DNA of 64,000 bases from Eukaryota sp. GEM-RC1 (lineage: Eukaryota): positions 1 through 64,000 of the forward strand of contig JAUFOQ010000018.1 of the NCBI GenBank assembly GCA_040285855.1, written 5' to 3'. Positions 52,470 to 64,000 of this stretch are shown here, piece after piece (the first letter of the stretch is position 1; every line of letters starts with the position of its first letter). Under the pieces are notes generated by a model. It did no database searches and had not been told where the DNA came from. It was given only the letters and a program-made list of their open reading frames with translations. A program made the translations under genes and the position numbers.

Positions 52470-53850
52470 GAATCTTTCAGCAGCTTTACCAAATCGTTGA
52501 TCTAGATGTAGGCAAACAAGTTTCTTTTGCTATGCTGTAAGTTTGTTTTGGTGGTAAAATTGATCACTTTTTACATGGTTTACCGCCTGAACTAACTCTC
52601 GAATTATCTCGTAATTTTAATTCGTTGCGCACAAATTTTGTAAGTAATCTGGTTGGTAACAAAGACTCTTCACTTCCTTCTCATAGTTTCACTTCTACTT
52701 CTTTTGGTGGTATTGGTTTCACGAAAGCTAAGTACATGCGTGACGGTGCCTTTTTGGGGTCTTTAAAGAATTTTTTGTTTGAATTTCAGAATCGTTATCC
52801 TGTGTTATGGAAAACAAAAGATTTTTTACTTCACTCACCTTGTGCATGGTAAATTAGTCTTCAAAATTTAATTGATAATCTTGACTCCAATTTGTGGTCA
52901 GATTTATTTCCTGTTGGGGTAACAGAAATTCAGCAGAGAAGCGTTTTCTCTTTGCATTTGTGTGTTCGCAAGTTACAGAAGAAGTTTGTTTTGTTTCACG
53001 AACGCTTGGACTTTAAAAACCGTATTAGCTTGGCTAAGACCAAGAGTCCCGCTTTTTGTGCTTTTTTGAATGATATTTCTTCATGCTCTCCGTCTTCATT
53101 TGTTTCTCGTTTACCAAGAAATTTATGTTTTAATCTTAAGGATCATGAATGGCTTATAAACATGAGACTTAGGTTAGGTTTATGGCCTTCAGGTCTTTTG
53201 AAGCATTCTCCATGTCTTTGTGGTCGTTGAAAGGCTTCAAATTTTCATCATTTAGTTAACTATCATCAATTTGTTCATTTTCGATCAATTATTCACAACA
53301 GTATCCGGGATACATGTTTGGATATGTTTAAGGCTAATGGTTTTCATGGAAAAATTGAACCTTTACTTGCTAATCTTTCCTGATCAGCCAAAAGTTGATA
53401 GAAGTCGTGGTGATTTGATTGGTCCTTGGTTATCTTGTCAGGAAATTATCATGGATTTCACGACTGTTGATCCTTGTAATTCACGATCAATTTCCAAAAA
53501 TTTTGCTGATGATTTTTCTGCTCTTGAAGTGGCTGAGAAAGGAAAAAATAGAAAGTACTGTCACTTAATTAACCAATTGAATGTTGACAGGTACAATTCT
53601 TTTGTGTTTCAACCTTTTGCGATGTCGATATACGGTAATATTGGACCAGCTGCACAAGGTTTTTTAACTTCCTTTGGTATATTGTGTTCTGAGTACGGTA
53701 AAGTTTTCAATGAATATTTTTTTGGTTGAGTAGGTTAACGTTTGCATTGTTTCGTTCAATGCACAGATATTTTCATTCAATTTTAGGGTAAGTTGTTCGG
53801 TGATGGACAGAAGGATCATAGTTTAGATACTTTAGTTAGTGTCTGTTAGT
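52470..53850 (+). mobile_element. CRE-like element 3' portion (thumb region, knuckle, RLE)
   Basis: TSFGGIG, MRLRLGLWP, CLCG, HNSIRD, RGDLIGPWL, MDFTTVDP, AEKGKNRKY, FQPFAMSIYGNIG. Confidence 0.92.
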
Positions 53851-53929
53851 TATTAACTTCTGCAAATGCATTAATTTCACTGACTGATCATAAACCCCGT
53901 TTTGTTGATAGGAATTGTTTTATACATAA

Positions 53930-54560
53930 AATAATAATATAAACAAAACTTTATACGGTACCCAATAAGGTAACCTTCCTATAAAACTATTATAATTGAA
54001 AAAAACCCAAACAATACTAAGATTAAATATAACGACTTCACCAACCGGTAAAAGATTACGTTTTTCAACATTGACCTTCACACCAAACTTGTACAATTTC
54101 TCAATTAATCGAGAGAAATAGAAAGGCATATTCCGATATATGGAAAACAGTATACGGTTTTTCCATTCAGCCATTCTAAACTTACGCATCTTTTCTTTAC
54201 ATAAATCTTCGAAATCCTTGACAAATTGATCACCAACAGGACTAATCGATCCAAAAGAGAAACAGCAAAAGGTTGAAACACAAATTTTGAATATGAATTT
54301 CGATTTAATTCTTCTACTTGAGAGTCCTACTCAGAGTGTTTGAGCTTTTCAGCAGCTGTGATTAAAAGAAGAATCAAATATCCTACTAACACAAGAATGG
54401 TTACAAACATCCACTGTAGGAAAATCCATTAACAACTGACTCGATGTAAGCCACGGAGTATGGCGATCCCCTCCTTTTGATCAGAGTATTCATTTTCTGA
54501 AAGGTGATTCAAAACTGGCTCAACTTTAGAGTGAAAACCGTGTGCTTTAAACACTCTGAG
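53930..54560 (-). mobile_element. CRE-like RLE/3' end, tail-to-tail with the previous element
   Basis: HGFHSKVEP, PWL, MDFPTVD, FQPFAVSLFGSI, WKNRILFSIYRNMPFYFS. Confidence 0.88.
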
Positions 54561-54799
54561 AAATACAATTCTACCCATTTTGACAAAGTTTCATGACACG
54601 GCTTAAAGAATCCACACTGATGTTGGTATATTAATTGTGGACTAATTGATCAATGTGTATTGTCATGATGACGTGTCAATGTATTTAGTGTTAGGATATC
54701 CACTATTCTTAATAAACCTCTAGCCTTCAGTTCCAGAAGCCATAGTGATCACTGTGGCTTCTGCGGCTTCTGCTTGGTAAAGATGCTCTTTGTTTTCCC

Positions 54800-55020
54800 T
54801 CTGATTTTGAAAATGTTGTTAAAAATAAGAATGAACAAGAAATTTGATTTTAAGTGTTGGTTGTCTATTTTTTTGTTCTTCATAATGTTGTCAGAGATGT
54901 CACTTTCGAAATGTTTAAAGCTCATGGATTTCATGCCAAAGTTGAACCTTTATTTAGTAAGATGGGGCTTGATTTAATTAATAATTCTCGTTGAGGCGAC
55001 TTACATGGTCATTATAATGA
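54800..55020 (+). mobile_element. RLE fragment
   Basis: HNVVRDVTFEMFKAHGFHAKVEPL...GDL. Confidence 0.75.
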
Positions 55021-55039
55021 TTCTAATCAAATTCTAGTT

Positions 55040-55420
55040 ATGTTAAATTCTTAAATTAAAAAGTTTTCAACCACCTAGCAACAGCTGGAAAACGTGAAGA
55101 CAATCGTTTATAGATGAAAGGGACAAACAGAAATATCAAAAAGCTATGAAACACTAGACACAGCAAATTCCTGGTCAAGAGTACCACAATTTTATACAAC
55201 TTTGTGAAAATTGATTTAAAAAACTGGGGAATCGAACGGAACAAAGAAAAAAATTAAACGGTTATGCCAAATTGATAAGTTAAATCTATTATTCTGAGAC
55301 TTACACATAGATCCAAAATCAGTTAAAAACGAAGAAGTCATTTCACCAATACTACCAAAAATAGAAATAGCAAATGGAACGAATGCAAATATCGAATGCA
55401 AATTTTGATTGAGTTTAGCA
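55040..55420 (-). mobile_element. RLE 3' end fragment
   Basis: FVPFAISIFGSIG...WHNRLIF...FRSIPQFF...KLYK. Confidence 0.8.
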
Positions 55421-55768
55421 TCATCATCGGAAAACAAATCGACTTCACACAAACACTTTTGAGTCAGTGCTTAATTATTTTTCTTTGTGTTCATACCAGT
55501 ACGTAATGACAAACCGAAGGAATAGTTCGTAATCGATTCTTCTTTTTTGGAAATTGTTGTGGTTCAAGAGAACTGTTAAGAATTGTTTGGTCAAATTACT
55601 GGGTTAGGATTGTCCGACACAGACTTTGAACACACGAGTATGATAGAAATGATAAACTGACCTCCACAAACATTTTGATAAACCACCATTACACTAACTG
55701 ACAAAATGACATTAGTAGAATATTTATGTACACAAATACATTTGAAATCTAACAATATAAATAGGATG

Positions 55769-58700
55769 TCAACAGGTTGCTGACCAGCCAATATACAATT
55801 CACATAAGTTATCGACATCCATAGCTTCCCTAAAGAGCAATTCTACTTGTTCTGGCACATTCAGCTTTCTACTCGAATCAAAATCCCTACCAGAAAGCTT
55901 CGCATTTACTCGATCAATAGCTCCAACAGCTGTATCATTATGAGCAATAACGCCAGTCTGCTCTTCAGTATCTTTCTTCCAAGTAATTAAAGGATCGTAA
56001 ACAAACACCTCTAACATTGCCATCAAAGGATCACGATTCTCTCTCAACATTGACATTGTTGACTCGCAAGTTAGTCTAAATGAACCTTCTACTCCAGTCA
56101 TTTCCATAGCTCTAGTAAGCATTCTAGTGAGTCTAAAAGGGATAGTTTCTGGGTATTTTTCTCGATGGATGGCAGCTTCAAAGCAATCGCCGTGGTCTAT
56201 GTGGAAGACTTTACCAGTTTCACGTAAAACCATCATATTTGATGGGTGACGATCTCCAAGCCCCAATAGATAGCCTACCATGGAAATCACAGCCAAAGAC
56301 CTGGTGAAATAAGCTCGGTGTTCAAGCCAAGCTTCAGAGGATCTTGCAGTGAGCCAGAAAAGCTGAGCATAACAATCATCAGGAGTAGAATTGATAATTT
56401 TTTCAAATATTGCCAATTTGTGAATATGTCTGAGCTTAGGGTACGATTCCTGATTACCAGCATATCTACAAATCAAAGTGTGGTCTTCTGGACTGTTAGA
56501 AGTACTAAATGAATCTCTATAAGTCTTGTGCAGCTGACGCAACGTGTCACTGCGAGGCACAAAGCCAAATAAACCAGACTTTGCAGCTAATGGTATAACA
56601 GCATAGCGTTGAATTGATAAGTCATGACGTACAGATTTTGAATTAAACATTTTTGAAAATTTGTTTTGGAACATTAATGAATTAATGAGCCCGTACAATT
56701 GCATGACTCTCTCATCTTGTCTTAAATCTTCCCTTCCTTTTAGCAAGTAATCATATTTATGACCGTCATCACCAATCACGTGGAGTCGACGTGGCCGTTG
56801 TTTGGATGGGTAAATACTGAGTCGGGGCAAAAATTTAAAAATGTTGACAGCTTTTTTGTTGACAGCATAACCACCTGGAATTGGAAGCTTGACCTTGAAA
56901 CTTTTTAACAAGTGTGGACACGCATAGTGAAGTTCCAAATATGTACAAAATTTAATTTTTTCTCCCAGACGACTCTGTAAATCGTCAAAAAATCTCATCG
57001 CATCAGACAAGTACCTCGTTTGAGCACGACCACCACGAACAGAAAGAATATAAGCATCAAAGTGCCTCCACGCAGAATCAATAAGACTTCCAAATGTCTT
57101 GTTAAAGAGAATCTCATGAGGGATATCCGTAGGTTCTTTCATTTCTTCTACAAAGGGTCTCAGGTATTGATGGAGCTCATCGAACCTTTGGGAGTTACAG
57201 AGAGCGGCAACTTGATTGATAGCGGCCTGCCAGCTTTCCATTCTAATTACTGAGAGTTTTACCAAGGATTTAGCCACGTTTTGAGCTTCATAAATTAAAT
57301 CTCCTTCACTTCGATTCATTGCCTTGATACTGTGCATGAGTCTGCCTAGTTCTGTACTAGGGGAAGTGTTATCAGCAACAGTAAGTGGATATATTAGGGC
57401 ATGTAGATGTTGTTTCGACAACCCTAGTAATATATCAGACAGTATACCATTAACCATTGTTCTAGTGGTGGTAGGTACAGTACTACAGCAGAAGCGAGCA
57501 ATGAGCTGGGGAAGGACAAGGAGCCATACCTTTGGACTAATGGTTATCAGCGAGGCTTGGATTGAAGCATGTACAGTTTGTAGGGAGTTTCGAGCATCTA
57601 CAGAATCAGAATCAGCAAGTCTAAACCAAAGCTGTAAAAGACGAAGAGTGTCTTGTAGCGTGTTTCTAGTGTTATCTTCCCCTTTAGAACTCATTGACTT
57701 AAGAAAGGCACTAATAGCAGGTTCTACATAGGAGTAATCAGCATACCTTTTGACTGCTCGGCCAGCATAGAGACCAAGACAATGCCAGGCATGTTGCCAC
57801 GTGGAGTCAAGGGCAGTTGCCGTTTTAAGATAGTTAATAACCTTGCGACGGTAGTGGATATCGCTATCGCCATGAAGTCCATACGTCCACTCTGAGAGTT
57901 TGACTAGAGATCGACAGTGAAGCTGGCCACTCATTTGATGGGCATTTGATTGAATAAAGTCATCGATTTTGTCGATTGATGATGACCTGTTACCCATTGC
58001 GAATTCTAGTTTAATTTCAGAGAATTTTAAATTTCGCTGAACTTCAGACAATTTTTCAGAATAAGATTGTATCAACAACGGATTCTCCTCGGATTGTAGT
58101 TTACCTTTGACGTTTTCACAGGCAACAATAAGCTTATCTATAGTCTTTCGAGCCATCTGGAACTTACCACGATTCACACAAACAGAACAAAATTTTAAAA
58201 TTGTTTCATAATGATCAACAGGATCAAGTGCAATATTATGAATCATAATATTCGACAACCACGTAAAGGGCTCAGGAATCGTCCCAAGCAATCGCTTCTT
58301 CCATAACTTCCTAATTCGAACAAGTTGTTGACCTAAAGGAGACTGAGTGGGAACAAAGAAAGACCCATCAACTAAACGATTAATAATCCAATCATTACAC
58401 GGATTTGATAGAAAAGTGTCTTCGTGGATTGATTCTGGACCACAGTTATAGCATATCTGATGAAGTTCTTCCACTTCAGTGATATGTTGAGCTATACAGT
58501 ATTTGGGATAGAGACGATCATGATGGCTATCTTCCAGAATAGCAGATATTGAACCATCAAGTTTGATTCTTGCCTGTTCGAGTAGAACGGTAACGTCATC
58601 TAGATTACGATGGGTCAAATTCACGACTGCTTTCCACAAACAGTCCTGAGCTGAGTCAGTTGGTAGAGAATCAGTATAATGATGAAGTAAACCATACTGA

Positions 58701-61700
58701 GAGAGATTAAGATGCGCATGGATAGCAATTGAGGATAAATCAGAATGATCATAACTTCCTTGAGTTACAGTTGCATCATTAAAGAGATTCTGACACAAGT
58801 CTGAGAGCTGATCCCAATCTCCTAGTCCTTGAACTGACCGGAGTCTGCCTAGTTCAAGTGAGGCAAGATAGTGGCGGTTAGTGGATGAGAGTAGATCTTC
58901 TTGAGTTCTGAGATGGTCGATTCTAGAGGAATATTCTTTGATTGCATCGGACCATTTGCCGCGCATTTCAAGGGAGGCACAGCTACCTTGAAGTTGGTCA
59001 ATGAAACTACACTGTAGAAGTCTACAGTGGCTGAGTACGCCTTCGATACATTCAGACATTCCTAATTCAGTGAGAGTAGAGATCAAGTCTTGAGCGGTTT
59101 TGAGAGTCGGATTGGCGGCAAAACTACTTTCTAGATAGAACAACGCTTTTGCAGACATTCCAAGCTTCTTAGCAACAGTAAATAACTTGGTTTGGCAGAT
59201 ACCAATGGATTCACGTTCAAATTCCATGAATTCGCATAATTTTAAAATACTTTGCAAAATAAAGACTGGGAGTTTGTCAGTATTCAAGAATCTATACAAA
59301 TACTCACGAATTTTTAATTTCGCTGCATCATCTAAATTCTTCCATTGCGTATAAAAGGCGGGACAAAAGAGTTCATAAATGGACTTTTCAGATAAATTAA
59401 TTAAACCTCTACAAGACAATATAACTCCATTAGGATTAGATTCCAAGAAAGTACAACAAAACGTTTTCCAGGCTCTTAAAGCACTATCTCCATGTAAATT
59501 AGACGCTGACAACGCATCTTCAATTGGACGAAAGTCTGGATAAACTACTAAGTTACTCTGAGAAACCTCGGTACCTACTTGAGAATAGTCAGGTCTATTT
59601 ACCTTGACTTCCTCAACTGAGGATAAGTCATTATCCAGAATCGCCTTGATGGTGGACTCAAGGGTGTTTCTGTTAGAAGAAAGAGGAAGGTCAGTGATCA
59701 AAAGGCGAGTCATTGTGATAAACGGAAGGAAATAAATGGACACTCTGTAAGCCAAACAACACAAAGTAAACAAACAAACGTCCTTGGAATGATCTGAGAT
59801 TGAAGAACACTGGAGAACTCTAAAGAGGAGGTGGGTGATCTTGCTAGTGTGAACAGAAACGTCCAGGGAAGAGCAGAATCTACCGAGGGTTTCCATCGCA
59901 GGGTGTCGAAGTGTGGAGGGGAAACCGTTTGATGGATCAATCAAATGTGATAGGGAATCGATGATTGGTGATAAGAGCTCAAAAGACGGTCGGATATGAT
60001 TGAGAACGTTTTGAGAATATTGGAAACAGCCTGAGATTGTTCAGGAGTCATGTTTTCAGGAGTAAGATTTGAAATAAATGTAAATAATTTGATGAAAATA
60101 CGGGCAAATCGTCCTTGAAAATCATCTGCCAATGACTGACTTAAAGTTTCCAAAATTAAGCAGATTTTAGAAATAAGTTGATCGGACCAACATAATTCAA
60201 AAATGTGTAAAATTTCATCGACATACAATCGACAATGTCCTTTAACGACAGCAATCAGATTCGCAACAGAATTCAATACAGCGTGTAACACTTCTTGTTC
60301 AGAAACACGTTCCAAAACGTGATAAACAGGTTCAAAAGTATACCTAATAAAGATCTGAGATTCAGCTTGCAGAAACCGCCAAATCTGAGAAAGCGAAAGA
60401 AAACACTGCTTATAGATCGTAGGTTTGTCCTCATGAAGAATGGAATAAAGCAAATGATGAACTACAATTCCAGCGATTTTAATATCCTTATTCACACTAA
60501 AAGCTGATCCAATATCCCCTTCCAATCCCTCAACACTCTTTCTCAAAGAGGCAAGTGATGGCGTGGCTTCCTCTATTGGCTGAGGAAGTACTTCCAGAGA
60601 GATTAACAGAGAAGTGTTACGGATAGACTTACCTGAGAAATCGTTATGCTTGAGAATGAAAGGATCCAGAGCTCCAATGGCTCCAATACTGCGAAGACAA
60701 TGGAGTCTGGTTTGAAGGTTTTGGTTGTGAAGCAGGATATACTCGAATCTGGAAAAGAGATCAGGGTGGATAAAGTAAGGCTCAATGGGGATTACTGCTG
60801 ATTGAGTGATGCACGTCATTAAACGAAGGATTGGAGCTAGCTGTGGGCAAGTACTAGCATTGTCCAGAAGGAACTTTGCAGTTGAAAAGAGTTCCCAATT
60901 TCGTTGAGACAAGTTCCAAAGTCCACGTTCTGATTTTAAAATGACGTCAGAGATGGTATCAAGCATTTCTGGACGAGGTAGCTGTGAGAGGATTTCGTCG
61001 GAAGTCAACGTCTGCTTATTCTTGGCAGCGTTTTTGATTTTCTCTTGTAATTTTGATGATTGGTAGATAAACGACCGTAGCAATAATGCCACGTGTTGCT
61101 TGATCAATGGTGCTGCTGATCTTACTAGAGTTCCAAGAAGAAGTGGAACGTCAACGCCACAATCACAACGCTCGGAGAATTCATATTGGAACAACAAAGA
61201 TTCGAACAGAGAAATAAGAAAACCCGCGGCTATACCTGGGGAAGCATTGGCAATTTTAGACACGAACTGGACGGCAATGGTACGAACCTTGATGTTTTCA
61301 TCATATAGAGTTTGAGTTAAGAAGATAAGTAAGTCGTCTTTTTGGAAATAATTAAAAAATTGTTCACTGTTGTAGAATATTGATAAAAGCTCATAACGAT
61401 ACTCAAATGACGTTTCAGAAATAGTATACGCCGTAACAGCCATTAATATTTTAAATATCTGAGGTACGAAATGAGAGTGTGACATGGTCTTACAATGAGT
61501 CATATTATAACTCAACTGGAATAAAACAGCCTTACCAGCAGCAAATCGAATCTCCTGATCTTGATGTTTAAGGTGGGGCAGAACATTCTTTAGGATAAAG
61601 TCAGTAATAGGTAAGGTAGAAGTACTAAAACACCCGAGTATCTTCATGACTTGTAATAGATTCGAATCATCTAGAGGGCTGTTGAGTAGACTAACAGTTT

Positions 61701-62863
61701 TAGCAATGATTGAATCTTGGATTTCTACAAGTTGTTTCAAATTCTGAACAATTGTTTGGACAGCTCCAATAGCTTCTTCTCCTTGAGAAACTGCCACGTT
61801 TACACTTTCAAACACTGCACTTTGGTCATAGAACAGAGCGGAAGTTTCTTCAGGCCACAGTGATGACATGATAGCTAGTAATTGAAAGCACCAATATAGA
61901 GATGTATCTGAATTGTTAGACATTATACTCTTATTGCATTTCTTCAAAGCATCGGCTGTAGCATTCAAAACATTACTAATGGAAGAGGTTTGCAGCAATA
62001 AATAACCAGAAGAATACTTCAAAACCTCCATAATTGAAGCTAAAAACTCTAACAACATTGATGAATGCCAATGCTTAAGCCAATGAAACATTGGATCAAA
62101 CAACTTCTGACAAAATGATTGGGAATAATGAAGAGCAAGATCATGTAGAATGGCACAAACATATTTCTTTTTAAACAAGTGTTGAACACCGCCTCGATGA
62201 TCCAGCAAGTGTTTCCTTAGTGCATCGTTAATGATTGGGCGACGAGAGGTAAGGATATCAGAATTGAACTTTAATCCAAGTTTAAGAGCAATGAGGTTCT
62301 TGTATTCTAATAAACAGTTGGAGATGTGTTGGAACAAATGAGGACCGCGTAAGTGAGGGGGGGAAGATGTGTTTAACGTTGTCGTTGTAGAAGAGGAGGC
62401 GGTATTGATCATCAGAGACTAGGAGGATTACTTCTAGGGCAGTGGAGAGGTGGGAGAGACAGGATTCGTCGTTAGATGAATGGAAGAAGGAGGAGAAGAG
62501 CTTCAGAACCAGACTTTTGGATGGACAGTCTCTGATGACGTCAGAACCGAGGGCTGAGATGACACGGCAGACAGAGGAGATTCTTTGAGAGGAAGGTGTC
62601 TCGTCAAGCCATTCCAAGCATAGTTCAGTAAAGCGATGGCAGAATGTGATGTACTGTTGTTCGGTCTTTTTAGAAATGATAGAGAGACAGTCACAGAGGA
62701 GTCCAACATCACAATTGGGGGAAGCGATTCTACGAATTATTGATGAAGCTGTGTTGAAGTTGATGTATGGTGTGGATAACAACGAACGTAGAAGTAACAA
62801 CAGTCTGTTCGTGTCATTGCCATTGTCATTCAACATAGTTGTTAGCTCATTAACAAGATCCAT
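55769..62863 (-). CDS. TOR: Target of rapamycin (TOR) PIKK kinase, ~2360 aa, given as three ORFs because of two probable homopolymer errors
   Basis: HEAT-like N-terminus with IGAIGALDPF, FAT region (KALFYLE, LQDTLRLLQLWF, WLLVLPQLIAR), SKQRPRRL, LLKGREDLRQDERVMQ, GYLLGLGDRHPSN, HIDHGDCFE, PETIPFRLTRML, FATC NLCELYIGW. The ATG at 62863 is inferred. Confidence 0.95.
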
Positions 62864-63024
62864 TTGATGATAGCAGTTAAACGAGGCGAAAAGAAACACG
62901 AATGTACTGTACAAAAATTTGTGTCTGTAATTTTGTATTCGTTTTTTCAAGAGTGAATGATATGTGTGATGAATTCCGGCCAGAGTAGCCGAGTAGAAGC
63001 CTGTTGAGGAAGTTTCTTTCTTTA

Positions 63025-63122
63025 AAAAAAGCACAAAAAGCGGGACGATTAATGGTAGCTAAGCTAATGCTATTTTTAAAGTCCAAGCTTTCGTGATAGT
63101 TAATAAACTTTTTCTGCAACTT
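63025..63122 (-). mobile_element. ~100-bp internal CRE-like fragment upstream of TOR
   Basis: LQKKFINYHESLDFKNSISLATINRPAFCAF aligns with LQKKFVLFHERLDFKNRISLAKTKSPAFCAF at ~52975-53068. Confidence 0.85.
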
Positions 63123-64000
63123 ACGGAGTTGAGCATTATCAAGAAGCTGGGAGGGTTGGTGTCAAAAGTTGTGTCAAAGAAGAAGAAGAATGTTGGGTGT
63201 ACACTACTATACTTGCCAGTAGCATTGTCGTCATTTTGATTCGAAATTGCCACGTCATTGTATCTGTATTTTTTTGTATTTTTTGTTGTATTGCATTGTT
63301 TGTATTTTTTGTATTGTATCAGATCAAAGTGGTTGTATTTTTCAGGTATGTTTTCAAACGTAAGTGACTGCAATTGAACAACACTATTCTGATTATACGA
63401 AACGATTTTTTATAAAAATTTTTAAATATCAAAGGAGCTTGAAAGTAGAACTTACGAGTTGTGGCAAATGGTCTTAGTCAGTTTATAGTGAAAAACAAAT
63501 GTGAACTCAACACTGACATTTCAAAAACTCTAAACATTATTTGATTTTGGAGACTTTGTTTCCAGTGTTGTGACTAAACAGTGTGATAGTCGATCTACCT
63601 TGGTTGTTCTGTTCATGTTGTGGCTGAACACCCTGAGCTTCTCTTGCAAGTGAGTCTCATAAATCTCAATGAAGTTGACACTCTTACCAGCTGTCGGTAC
63701 ACACTTTGTAAACATAAGATATCGATATCTGGTAAAATGTTTTATCCACATAAGAACTGTTTGTTTGTAATAATTCATTAACCAAAACAAATTGAGAAAA
63801 GATAAGAATTTAAATTTTGGACATCAAGGTGAGAGTTGAATTGTCCCCGTACTTAATGAAACTTATATACATATAAATGTTTTTTTGACAAAAGCAGTTT
63901 TTATTGACAACAACACTACAGTGTACATACATCTAATAATCAATACCCTCAAAGTCCTGATTGCCTATCTGGAAATTTTCACCTACCTTATCCTCATAAT

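Noticed and set aside
54800..55420. Twin-priming 5' inversion of a single element
   Set aside because: The inverted piece lies beyond the 3' end of the minus-strand fragment, which is the wrong side for twin priming.
59941..62412. TOR as three genes, a pseudogene or a programmed frameshift
   Set aside because: One extra base at the A4 run (59981-59984) gives RLFELLSPIIDSLSHLIDP, and one fewer at the G7 run (62357-62363) joins the upstream ORF. This fits the homopolymer errors seen elsewhere in the window.

Overview
AT-rich eukaryotic (protist-like) DNA in three parts. (1) 1-26780 is the edge of a minus-strand tandem rDNA array with a ~11.5-11.6 kb unit (18S-5.8S-28S plus a co-oriented 5S gene in the spacer). 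There are two complete transcription units. A third 28S copy is interrupted at 25880-26629 by an antisense, 5'-truncated retroelement fragment encoding a restriction-like endonuclease (RLE), and is then cut off inside the peptidyl-transferase region at 26780. (2) ~26800-55450 is a gene-poor repeat graveyard. It holds more than ten fragments of CRE-like RT/RLE non-LTR retrotransposons from several families, an inverted decayed copy of the rDNA spacer/5S with two TSD-flanked insertions, a probable Mutator transposase relic, and an unclassified repeat family rich in ACGT palindromes. (3) 55769-62863 is an apparently intronless TOR kinase gene, split into three ORFs by two probable homopolymer errors, with a divergent rapamycin-binding surface and FATC end. 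Long-read indel errors are evident, mainly in the first rDNA unit. The organism cannot be named from sequence alone. Boundaries of decayed elements are approximate.
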